NCBI GenBank assembly: GCA_044226015.1
Contig: JBGAHS010000004.1
Span: 672,001 to 736,000 of the forward strand
DNA length: 64,000 nt
Source of the DNA: Candidatus Obscuribacteraceae bacterium
GTDB lineage: Bacteria; Cyanobacteriota; Vampirovibrionia; Obscuribacterales; Obscuribacteraceae
Direction: 5' to 3'
Position numbers and translations under genes: made by a program. Numbering within the stretch: position 1 is the first letter of the stretch; every line of letters starts with the position of its first letter. Positions 39,719-48,429 of this stretch are shown in pieces. The notes below the pieces were generated by a model that ran no database searches, was not told the origin of the DNA, and worked only from the letters and a program-made list of their open reading frames with translations.

Positions 39719-40558
39719 GTGAGGTTCAGTGTAAGATTTTGGTGTATGAGCAGGGAATTTCCTACACGACTGAATTTGCTAATTTTATCGGCTCTGTGCA
39801 CATTTGTTTGTGAGCAAAGCGAAGTAAATGCGTACGAATCTCTTGCAGAACAACGCGGGCAAGAGCTTTTGGCTAATGAAGCAGTTCCTTCACAAAAGAA
39901 GTCACAAACTCTGAGGAAAATCCCTGAAGCAAGGACTGAAGAAGCTTCAGAGTCAACGATATCCAGCGAAGCCGCACAAGAGAAAGCACGACAATTCAAT
40001 AAAGAGGGCGCTGCCCTTTTAACACAGAAGAAGCCTGCTGAGGCTGCTGAAATGTTTCGAAAAGCGATTCAAATTAGCCCTGAAGGCGCTGCCGCTCACA
40101 ATAATCTGGCACTCGTATTAAAAGATATGGGCAATTTCGTAGAGGCTGAGAAAGAAGCCAGAATTGCATGTAAATTACGTGCTGATAAAGCGAATTACCA
40201 GTTTAATTTAGGGCTGATATTGCAACATCAAACGAAGTGGAGCGAGGCAGAATCTTGTTTCCGGGCGACCCAAAAAGTTGAACCCATGGACGCTGAAAAC
40301 CTTTTTCGCTTGTCTCAAGTACTTCTTCAGGAATCTCGACCCGAAGAGGCTGAAACAGAAATTAAAATGGCAATTTTGCTGAAGCCTTCTGAGTCAGGCT
40401 ACCACAAGGTTTTAGCGGATTGCTATCTTCAAGAGAAAAAATATGACTCGGCCTTGTGCGAATATAGAAGTACGCTAGAGTTGAATCCCACTGGAGCTGA
40501 AGCCGGCGATGTCAAAAACAAAATTGAATATCTGCGGCAGGTTCTCAATTCGAAGTAA
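39719..40558 (+). CDS. TPR-repeat protein
   Basis: AHNNLALVL, YQFNLGLIL and further TPR units. Confidence 0.88.
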   Translation: MRFSVRFWCMSREFPTRLNLLILSALCTFVCEQSEVNAYESLAEQRGQELLANEAVPSQKKSQTLRKIPEARTEEASESTISSEAAQEKARQFNKEGAALLTQKKPAEAAEMFRKAIQISPEGAAAHNNLALVLKDMGNFVEAEKEARIACKLRADKANYQFNLGLILQHQTKWSEAESCFRATQKVEPMDAENLFRLSQVLLQESRPEEAETEIKMAILLKPSESGYHKVLADCYLQEKKYDSALCEYRSTLELNPTGAEAGDVKNKIEYLRQVLNSK

Positions 40559-40593
40559 TCGTGGTTAGATTGAACTAGCATACAAGGAGCCGA

Positions 40594-41871
40594 ATGAAGG
40601 AAGCCGACCGATTATTGATATTGCAGCGACAGCTTGTAGTTACTGTGCTGTTTGTACTCTTGTTGGCGTGCTTTTGGCTCTTAGGTTTCTTCTTTGGTGA
40701 TATCTTGCGTATTCTTGGGATATCGATTGTGCTCTCGTACATGGCGATTAATATCGTCGATTGGTTGGAGAAAAGACTTAAGAATCGTGCACTGTCTGTG
40801 GTGCTTGTTTATTTGTGTATGTTGGCAATACTGAGCGTTGCGGTCTTGCTTATAGTTCCCGCAGTAGTTGTTCAGATCACTCAACTTGCCCAGACCACTT
40901 TTGAAGCAATACCTGAGCTTTTGCAAAAACTCAGCGCCATGCTTGTTCCGCTTGAGCAAAAATTCCACACCTATCAAATTGATATCAAAGCCGTTGATAT
41001 CATGAACAATGTTATAGCGAACATGCCAAAGCCCGACGCTTCGCTTCTAGTCTCGAAAGTCACCGATGTTGCTATGGGAACCGCTACGTGGTTGCTTTAT
41101 TGGGTATCCATTTCAGTCGTGACTTTTTATTTTCTCCTTGACGGTAATCGCATAACCGATGCGCTGATCAATCTTTTCCCCAACAAGCAACAACCCTTTC
41201 TTCGCGCGGTTGCAAATGACGCTGATAAGAGCTTGCAATCATTCTTCAGGGGGCAGCTCGTACTTGGGCTCGCCTTCGGTCTTTTGATGATGATTGTATA
41301 TTCTGCGTTTGGCGTTCAGTATGCCTTATTGCTGAGTCTTTTCCTCGGCGTGATGGAAATAATGCCTGTGATAGGACCTCCTATCGGATTTATTCCAGCG
41401 ATACTTTCCGTGGCTTTTCATGGCATGAATTTGCCGGGCAATAGATTAGCTCACGTAATTGTTTTGACAGTTGTTTTCTCTGTTTTACAGCAATTCAAAG
41501 ACAACCTCGTCGCTCCAAAGTACATTGGAAATGTAATTGGACTGCACCCAATAATGATCTTCATAGCCATTATGGTTGGTGCAAGACTTGATGGCACCCT
41601 TGGCATAATCTTCTCGTTGCCCGTTGCTTGCGTCCTGAACGTGTTTTTTACTCACCTGCGACGTGAGTGGATACAAGAGCACGAATCGCCCATGATGCCG
41701 GTTCCAGACGCTTTAGAATTGGCAGTCGGTGGCAAGCCGGATGGCGGACATGTTAGCTTTCACGGCGGTAATTTGCCTGCTTCTGACTCAGCTGGCATGA
41801 CTTCCGATGAAGGAGGCAGCTTGAGCCCTGAAAGGATGAGCGAATCTCAGAGGTCCGAAACACAGCGTTAG
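40594..41871 (+). CDS. AI-2E (PerM) family membrane transporter
   Basis: TFYFLLDG, FFRGQ, MPVIGP, PKYIG...GLHP and G.LG..FSLP motifs. Confidence 0.92.
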   Translation: MKEADRLLILQRQLVVTVLFVLLLACFWLLGFFFGDILRILGISIVLSYMAINIVDWLEKRLKNRALSVVLVYLCMLAILSVAVLLIVPAVVVQITQLAQTTFEAIPELLQKLSAMLVPLEQKFHTYQIDIKAVDIMNNVIANMPKPDASLLVSKVTDVAMGTATWLLYWVSISVVTFYFLLDGNRITDALINLFPNKQQPFLRAVANDADKSLQSFFRGQLVLGLAFGLLMMIVYSAFGVQYALLLSLFLGVMEIMPVIGPPIGFIPAILSVAFHGMNLPGNRLAHVIVLTVVFSVLQQFKDNLVAPKYIGNVIGLHPIMIFIAIMVGARLDGTLGIIFSLPVACVLNVFFTHLRREWIQEHESPMMPVPDALELAVGGKPDGGHVSFHGGNLPASDSAGMTSDEGGSLSPERMSESQRSETQR

Positions 41872-42179
41872 GCTAAATTTCGGGAAAGTCCTTCAGCGCG
41901 TACGCACCCTTATCGGGCATGGCTGAATTTGTCTTTGTGTGTTGAAGAGAGAAACAAATCTAGTAAAAAGTTCGAACAAAGTGTTCATCTGTAAGAATCT
42001 CCGCAATGCCAAATGGCTCGTGGGTAAATGCCGCTCAACCTAGCTTGAGAATGCCATGAATCGCCTGTATCAAAAATGTGTAATTGAGCAGAAATGCAGA
42101 TTCGTTTAAGTTCGCTGCAACATTTAATCAAGAATGCGAATAAAACGGTTTCAACGGGAATAAAATGCTTGCAGCGCTT

Positions 42180-42250
42180 AGGGGTGTCGCCAAGCGGTAA
42201 GGCAGCTGGTTCTGGTCCAGCCATCTGAGGTTCGAATCCTTGCACCCCTG
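42180..42250 (+). tRNA. tRNA-Gln (anticodon CUG), CCA not encoded
   Basis: Acceptor AGGGGTG/CACCCCT, D arm GCCAAGCGGTAAGGC, anticodon arm GCTGG-TTCTGGT-CCAGC, T loop GGTTCGAATCC. Confidence 0.95.
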
Positions 42251-42296
42251 CTCTTTCATTAAAAACTAAACTTGTTAGGTCTGCCTTTGGCGCATT

Positions 42297-43742
42297 TTGA
42301 GGTGGAGTATGTGGCTTAGACTGATTTTGACTATGGGCTTGCTGAGTTCCATGGGCATCTGTAACGCTCAATTGGCGCTTGGAAAGGAAGATCTATCGTT
42401 CTCCTCCTCTGCCAATGCTTCGTCTACAGGTGCCCCGACCGAAAATTCCCCGTCTGCAAATGCTTCGACTGCAAGTGCCCCGTCCGCAAATGCTTCGACT
42501 GCAAATGCCTCGGCTGCAAATGCCTCGGCTGCAAATGCTTCGACTGCAAGTGCCGCAACCTCTAGTGCTTCAACCCCCAGTGCAATGACTGCAAGTACCT
42601 CTACCGGGAGTGCTTCGACTACTGCTAGCCCGACTGTGCCGGCACCTGCTACAGGTGCTTCGACAGATGCGGTCTATCAGGATCTTCGCACCATGTGGGA
42701 CCATTGCAATAACATGAAATCAACCGCGCTTGATCTCTTGAATGAAGGACGGAATGCGCCTTCCAGGCAGAAATGGGTCGCATTCTATGTGTCGAGCGCG
42801 AAGGACGATCTAACAATTCTGAAAAACTCAGCCAAAGCACTGCTAATTCCCGATGCCTTGAAAGCTTCATTTGGCAGTGGATGGTCTGATGTGCAGGGCT
42901 CCATAGCAAAACTAGATGAGCTGATTCCTCGCTTGGATTCAGAAGCGAAGGGGCTAAAAACTCCAACAGACGACAAATATCCGCCTGTATTTTGGAAAAC
43001 ATCGAGCGAATTTTCTAAATGTGCTGACGACCTCGATAAGGCGCTCATCTCGATTTTCAATGCGTTAGACGCTTCAATTAGCAAAACAGGACCGTCTATT
43101 TCTTCGAGCAGCGTGCCGAACACAGACGGCAGTGAAAGCGACGCCACATTGCAAGGCAGCGCTAGGATGGTTGACGAGCAGGTCGGATTTAAGAAGGTTG
43201 GCGAAGCTTCTACAAAAATTAGCAAGGCTTGCTGGGGCTTGTTTGGCGAATTGGAACGGTGGAACTTGCTTTACGGCAAACCGCCAGCTGGTGGCATTCC
43301 TGATGGATTTTATGGTGGCGGTTTGTCCTCCTCAGAGATTCTTTCAGAGTATAAATACCTCCCACAGTTTACTTTCACAAACGCACCATATGTGATGCTG
43401 TATAGCTATCGCCTTCCTCCGCGCCAAAATATGTTGGCATATCATACCGGGCAAATCGGTAAGCTCTTGAATTTGATGGAATCAGAGCTAAATGACGTTC
43501 AGGTGCCGGCCGACCGACAAATGGCACTGGCTGGTCCGTGGGATCAAACTAAGAAGCTATTTTTGGATTGTCGTCAAAATTATCTCTCCCTTTTGAATCT
43601 GGTAAACAACACAACTGACGATCGTTTGTCAAAAAATATTCGTGAGGATCAGATCACCTTCGGGCAGCCTTTAATGGCTATCTATGGTGATATGGCAAAA
43701 ATGCGTGATTCGCTCAACGACATCAAGAAGATGATTCAGTGA
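42297..43742 (+). CDS. secreted hypothetical protein with Ala/Ser/Thr repeat N-terminus and helical domains
   Basis: Signal peptide, (ANAST)n repeats, 481-aa ORF. Confidence 0.75.
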   Translation: MRWSMWLRLILTMGLLSSMGICNAQLALGKEDLSFSSSANASSTGAPTENSPSANASTASAPSANASTANASAANASAANASTASAATSSASTPSAMTASTSTGSASTTASPTVPAPATGASTDAVYQDLRTMWDHCNNMKSTALDLLNEGRNAPSRQKWVAFYVSSAKDDLTILKNSAKALLIPDALKASFGSGWSDVQGSIAKLDELIPRLDSEAKGLKTPTDDKYPPVFWKTSSEFSKCADDLDKALISIFNALDASISKTGPSISSSSVPNTDGSESDATLQGSARMVDEQVGFKKVGEASTKISKACWGLFGELERWNLLYGKPPAGGIPDGFYGGGLSSSEILSEYKYLPQFTFTNAPYVMLYSYRLPPRQNMLAYHTGQIGKLLNLMESELNDVQVPADRQMALAGPWDQTKKLFLDCRQNYLSLLNLVNNTTDDRLSKNIREDQITFGQPLMAIYGDMAKMRDSLNDIKKMIQ

Positions 43743-43962
43743 GTTCTAATTTCTAGTTCTAATTTGCTTGTTGGGGCAAGAATCGAAAGTTGCACGCGCT
43801 AGTGAAAGCCAAATTTCTCAAATTTCGCGGAGGTTTATTGCCATCCGCGCTCACCACCTAAGGTTTTTCACTATTGCAAGCTGCATTGAGATTCCTTTGA
43901 TGGTCACCATGTTAGTGAGGAAGAGCATCATCCGTAAAATCCCCAATCTGCTGCATTAATCT

Positions 43963-43993
43963 TTGAGCGGAAATTTTCTTCTAGTGATAAACT
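43963..43993 (+). promoter_or_regulatory. candidate sigma70 promoter (TTGAGC ... extended -10 TGaTAAACT)
   Basis: TG at 43985-43986 and TAAACT at 43988-43993 predict a start near 44000. Confidence 0.5.
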
Positions 43994-44000
43994 GAAATTT

Positions 44001-44109
44001 CAACCCGCTTGTGGGACTTTGGAACGACTTCCGAACATACCTTGTTAAGTGTGAAATCCCGTCGTCCCGTTTACGCCCCAGGCTGGGTTGTCTTTTGGGG
44101 TGTTTTTTT
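44001..44109 (+). ncRNA. putative structured leader or Y-RNA-like ncRNA
   Basis: 14-bp bulged stem 44001-44015 with 44076-44090; inner stem 44021-44028 with 44061-44068; hairpin 44036-44053; alternative terminator 44073-44109. Confidence 0.5.
44073..44109 (+). terminator. intrinsic terminator-like hairpin immediately before the ATG at 44110
   Basis: ACGCCCCAGG pairs with TTTGGGGTGT, followed by TTTTTT. Confidence 0.55.
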
Positions 44110-45501
44110 ATGGACGTTTCACGCGAAGATTTGTGTTTGTTTTTGAATGCTTGCTCTGTAGCAACAGGACAGCGAGAGTTCTACAGCTCTGATTCAGAGC
44201 AGCAAGTTTCCCTGCGATTCTTGCATCAATACATTTGCGTGAATTATAGAATGCCCTATGCGCGCACTCTTGCTGCAGGCGTTAATCACTTCAATCAGTG
44301 CGAAATAATCTTGCAATTGCTTAAGTCTGGCAAAGACTGTAAGCCAGAAAATCGCGCTGAGGAAAGTGCCTTGATTACGGCATCCCTTGCCGCATTGCCT
44401 CCACAACGTGCTTGGAAATTGATCACTCGACTACAGAAAGAACGTGTTAACAATCGCCGCACTCGTCGTGTTATTCAAGGATTTATCGAGAATAGAAAAG
44501 ACCAATCGTTTGATGCTGTTAAATATCGCAGCAAGTTCAAAGCCGCTGTACAGCATAGTCATATGAAATTGCATGGCGAACTTCCGGTGTTCCTGTTTCA
44601 TGGAATAAAAAAGAGTTTTCAAACTCCATTGTTTGAATCATTTCGTGCTGCCCATTTCAGCAAGAAGCATGTTTATGAATTGCCGTACTCAATTGCCGAG
44701 GGCTTTGCCGCGAAGCATAAAATTGATCGCGAGGAGTTTTTGAAACTGATTGAACCAAGGCTCACCGAGCGCGAGAAATTGCGCTTGCAAGAAGCGTCTG
44801 ATGGTAAAGTCAAAATCAATCCTGTGAAATTAAGTTTGACTGAGCTGTGTGTTTATATACTTAGTCTGCCTCTTGATGAACGAAATCAAAGGCGGGAGGA
44901 ATTGAACTCATGGATCGATGCAGCAGTAGGAGTACTCTTGCAAAAGGCTGGGGAGTTTCCTCTCTCAGGAAAAGTGGCGGCAGTTCTCGATAATTCATAT
45001 TCTTCAAGCGGAAGTCGTGAGAAACAAGCCCGTCCCCTTGCAGTGGCTCTTGCGACTCATTTCGTACTTTCTAAAGTTTGTGACAAATATCGAGCCTTTT
45101 GGACCAGCAATATGGATGATGCTCTGTTGGTTTATCCACGTGGGCAGTCATATTTGACCGAGCGAATTCTCGATGCTTTGGACTGGGGCGCAGAAACTGT
45201 TATTTTAGTTTCTGACGGTTGCGAGAATGATGTTCCAAAAGCCGCTGAGATTTTATTGCGCGCTTACACCAAATCTGGTGGCAATGCGGGGCTAATACAT
45301 TTGAATCCTGTGTTCGACCCTGATTCATTTCAAGTCGCGTCCATTTTGCCGGATATGCCAGCGCTTGGACTGAGATCGGGTGAAGACTTAGCCACAACCC
45401 TAGCGTTTGGAAAATTCAGCAGTGGTAAATCAGATTTCGCTGAGCTGGAAAAATATTTGAAAAGGAGAGCAGATTCTCTTGTGAGGAATGTATATGCTTG
45501 A
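44110..45501 (+). CDS. helical plus vWA (MIDAS) protein, divergent Ro60/TROVE-like
   Basis: ATG at 44110 (MDVSREDL) in the 44011 ORF; basic helical N-terminal half; VLDNSYS (DxSxS) and VILVSDG vWA motifs. Confidence 0.65.
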   Translation: MDVSREDLCLFLNACSVATGQREFYSSDSEQQVSLRFLHQYICVNYRMPYARTLAAGVNHFNQCEIILQLLKSGKDCKPENRAEESALITASLAALPPQRAWKLITRLQKERVNNRRTRRVIQGFIENRKDQSFDAVKYRSKFKAAVQHSHMKLHGELPVFLFHGIKKSFQTPLFESFRAAHFSKKHVYELPYSIAEGFAAKHKIDREEFLKLIEPRLTEREKLRLQEASDGKVKINPVKLSLTELCVYILSLPLDERNQRREELNSWIDAAVGVLLQKAGEFPLSGKVAAVLDNSYSSSGSREKQARPLAVALATHFVLSKVCDKYRAFWTSNMDDALLVYPRGQSYLTERILDALDWGAETVILVSDGCENDVPKAAEILLRAYTKSGGNAGLIHLNPVFDPDSFQVASILPDMPALGLRSGEDLATTLAFGKFSSGKSDFAELEKYLKRRADSLVRNVYA

Positions 45502-46627
45502 AAAAGATTTCCTGACCCTACAAGGTTTGCGCGCTGCACCTTCGCAAGTTTGTGGCGCATTTCGCTTGGTGCCTTTGATTCGCGAAAACGTTTGTGATGA
45601 TGTACGCATCTATTCGGATAAGTATGAAGATGCGTGGTCGCGAGTTAAAGTTGATTCCAAATTCTCCTATTGGTCATTTATTCCGCATGGAATGCTTTTG
45701 TCTTGGGGTGAAGACGTTGCGAGCCCGGCTACTCTTGGCGCTCAAATGAGGAAGGCGACACCAGAGAAAACGACGACTAAATGGGGAACGGTGCAAACCT
45801 TCCACAAAATGGCTAAGAGTGTCGGTACAAATGCGCTTCGATTTTTGCCGCTGCATCTGAGTATGGAGTACTTCTTAGGGCTTTGTTTTGGCGGACCCAA
45901 AATACGCTGGCCGGAATATAGCTCTTATGTGAAACGCTATGGCTTGGGTTTCCGGATTGAATTTGTTGCTGATGGACGCAGTCTTTATAAATTTGACGAG
46001 GCGCTTAGACAATTTGAAATTCATGAAGGGCAAGTAGGTGTCTTGATTTATACCGCCGAAGAGCTTGCCAGTGCCTTTGTGGTGCCGACGCCCGGTGATT
46101 ATCGTCGTATGCATGATAGTCTCATTATGGATTTCTATGGGCAACTGATCTATCAGTACGCGATTTTGTTTTCTGCTCAAAAGCTAAACGCTGTTATTAA
46201 TGTGGACAGCGCCAAATCTGTGAATGATTTGCGCTCTGCTTTGATGGCTGCGCGTGCTGAGTGGGCAGAGTTCAGTACAAAGTGTATGGCGGAGCATCTT
46301 GTTGGTAGAGAAATTCAGGTTCAGCCAGTTTTTGAACCTCCGGGACTTCGGCTTCAAAGGTTTATGACTGAGTTAGATCTGAATAGAACCAACACTATAG
46401 GCGAGCGCTTGCTGCGTGAGGATGGTGAAGTTCTTTACCTTAAGACTTATCGGCTGGATGCTGATCAGGCTAAGCGCGCCTGGTGGCTGCAAAATCTCGC
46501 GGCTAACGATTGGCATTTGCAGCAAACTGCGACCGCGCTGCGAATGACATTGCGAGACCTTGTCTGCGGACTGGAAGCTTCGGGGTTTGCTTATCTCTTA
46601 AGTGACCCCCAACAACTAAAGAAATAA
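45488..46627 (+). CDS. ARPP-2-like conserved protein with C-terminal Fis-like HTH
   Basis: GLRAAPSQVCGAFRLVPL, FIPHG, LRFLPLHL, FEIHEGQVGV; C-terminal NDWHLQQTATAL; overlaps the upstream stop. Family recalled from memory, not searched. Confidence 0.55.
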   Translation: MYMLEKDFLTLQGLRAAPSQVCGAFRLVPLIRENVCDDVRIYSDKYEDAWSRVKVDSKFSYWSFIPHGMLLSWGEDVASPATLGAQMRKATPEKTTTKWGTVQTFHKMAKSVGTNALRFLPLHLSMEYFLGLCFGGPKIRWPEYSSYVKRYGLGFRIEFVADGRSLYKFDEALRQFEIHEGQVGVLIYTAEELASAFVVPTPGDYRRMHDSLIMDFYGQLIYQYAILFSAQKLNAVINVDSAKSVNDLRSALMAARAEWAEFSTKCMAEHLVGREIQVQPVFEPPGLRLQRFMTELDLNRTNTIGERLLREDGEVLYLKTYRLDADQAKRAWWLQNLAANDWHLQQTATALRMTLRDLVCGLEASGFAYLLSDPQQLKK

Positions 46628-46639
46628 GCGGATTTTTGC

Positions 46640-47069
46640 GAAGCGGTTGAGTTCCAAGGTTTTTCTGCGCCAGCAGGCGAGGGAAGATTTTCACGGAAAC
46701 TGAAACGGTACCGTTTGAGTTCCAAGGTTTTTCTGTGCTAGCAGGGGGAGGGAAGATTTTCACGGAAACTGAAGCGGTACCGTTTGAGTTCCAAGGTTTT
46801 TCTGCGCCAGCAGGGGGAGGGAAGATTTTCACGGAAACTGAAGCGGTACCGTTTCAGTTCCAAGGTTTTTCTGCGCCAGCAGGGGGAGGGAAGATTTTCA
46901 CGGAAACTGAAACGGTACCGTTTGAGTTCCAAGGTTTTTCTGCGCCAGCAGGGGGAGGGAAGATTTTCACGGAAACTGAAGCGGTACCGTTTGAGTTCCA
47001 AGGTTTTTCTGCGCCAGCAGGGGGAGGGAAGATTTTCACGGAAACTGAAACGGTACCGTTTGAGTTCCA
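46640..47069. repeat. CGGTACCG-family long-unit array, 69-bp unit, about 6 copies
   Basis: Unit CGGAAACTGAA(G/A)CGGTACCGTTTGAGTTCCAAGGTTTTTCTGCGCCAGCAGGGGGAGGGAAGATTTTCA. Confidence 0.96.
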
Positions 47070-47258
47070 TAGCTCACGCGCTACTGAATGCACTTGTATT
47101 GAATGCAATTTTGGCTCGTCTGTTTGAGAAGCTGTCTTGTATATCCTACAGATGGCGCCTGCTGCTGCTTGGCGGATGCTTTTTATGAGTCTCTCGAAAT
47201 GCGCTCTACTAGAGCGACTCATAAAAAGATGAAGTTTAGGGATGTGGATTCAAAGGGG

Positions 47259-47287
47259 TTGACGAACCATACAGGTGTATGTATTAA
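47259..47287 (+). promoter_or_regulatory. imuA promoter (TTGACG-17-TATTAA) containing the palindrome CATACAGGTGTATG, a candidate LexA box
   Basis: Perfect inverted repeat at 47268-47281 inside the -35/-10 spacer. Confidence 0.6.
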
Positions 47288-47466
47288 TTACTAGTACTGA
47301 AACAACTTATACAAACCGCATCGCAAGCCGCCTGACACAAGTCTAGTTCGCTTCATTTTGATTCGCCAAGTTTGCCGAGAATGTCTGAAATTCTTCAGAC
47401 TTGTTTTGAGCTGCCTTCGAATCACCCTAATCGGAAAAGCTCTGGAGTAACACCAGGGTAGTTGAC

Positions 47467-48429
47467 GTGCGCAAGTTATCAGTCATCAAATTCGATACCA
47501 CCAGAGAGGAAAGAGTGATGAGTATGCAAGCAAGAGTTGAAGCCCTGAAGCAGCAGCTTGAGAATCTCTTTCCTGGCAAATGGTTTAGTGAACAGAAACG
47601 CAACCGTAATATAAATACGGGACTTGTTGAAATTGATAATGGTATCACTCGTGGTATCGCTCGAAAGAAGATAACGGAGTGGAACGGACCTGTTTCGTCA
47701 GGTAAGACAACTCTTCTACGCAATGCAATTATCAATTGGTGCGCTCAAGGACTGAATGTGGCTTACATTGATTGCGAGGGAAAGCTTTACCCCGCTGACT
47801 GGTCCGGTATCGGTAGCACTGCTTCAATCGGTAAAGAAAACCTTTCCTTTGTAGACGTTAACTTTCAGAAAGGCAAATTTTGGATTGTTCGTCCTTCTGA
47901 AGAAGAGGCTGCTCCCACCGACGTGATTCCTCTTGTATCGAAGAAAAATGTCCTGGTTCAAGAGGCAATCTGGAGCGCTGATCAATTTATCCGCAGTAAT
48001 GCATTCGATATTGTAATTCTTGATTTGGGGCAAAACGATCTTTCAAAGCGCAATAAGCTTGGAATGGGTTATCTCTCTGTTCCTAGTCGTATCTATGCTC
48101 GCTTTCAACGTGCGCTAGATAAGTCGAAAGCTGCTTTCATTGTTGTCGCTGACACCGAATCTGTAATTGTTGATGAGCAAGATGCTGAAGTGAATCAAAA
48201 GCAATCCCAAAACAATTGGGGCTGTCATGCTCGCTTTCTATTCAATCGTGGACTCGCTGTTCGCTGCGAAAGCAGCTTAAAGGGTGTCGCCATGATTACA
48301 CCAACCGTAAAACTGAGCGCATGGCGCGATGGACAATCACAAGAAGTGGAGGTTAACCTTGGTTCTGCCGTGCCGAATCGCTTGTTTACGCATTCCGCGG
48401 TTCCAGATCGTCGCACATCAAAAGGCTGA
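47467..48429 (+). CDS. imuA: ImuA-like RecA-family protein
   Basis: TGLVEID, ITEWNGPVSSGKTT Walker A, VAYID, IVILD; first gene of the cassette. Confidence 0.8.
   Translation: MRKLSVIKFDTTREERVMSMQARVEALKQQLENLFPGKWFSEQKRNRNINTGLVEIDNGITRGIARKKITEWNGPVSSGKTTLLRNAIINWCAQGLNVAYIDCEGKLYPADWSGIGSTASIGKENLSFVDVNFQKGKFWIVRPSEEEAAPTDVIPLVSKKNVLVQEAIWSADQFIRSNAFDIVILDLGQNDLSKRNKLGMGYLSVPSRIYARFQRALDKSKAAFIVVADTESVIVDEQDAEVNQKQSQNNWGCHARFLFNRGLAVRCESSLKGVAMITPTVKLSAWRDGQSQEVEVNLGSAVPNRLFTHSAVPDRRTSKG

Noticed and set aside
44011..44109. N-terminal extension of the vWA protein from GTG 44011
   Set aside because: The extension coincides with the structured leader, lies ~10 nt from the predicted +1 without an SD, and ATG 44110 has an SD-like GGGGTG
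27359..46627. Functional link between the NAD/NrtR genes and the ARPP-2-like operon via ADP-ribose
   Set aside because: They are separated by unrelated genes, and nothing in the sequence supports co-regulation
46640..47069. CRISPR array interpretation of the 65-69-bp unit arrays (also 16.2 and 18.3 kb)
   Set aside because: The would-be spacers are near-identical within each array and no cas genes are present
46503..47222. ORFs overlapping the repeat arrays (also 4096-4823, 18094-18671, 27106-27511, 56426-56749)
   Set aside because: They are translations of tandem repeats, open in several frames, with no ribosome-binding or family evidence
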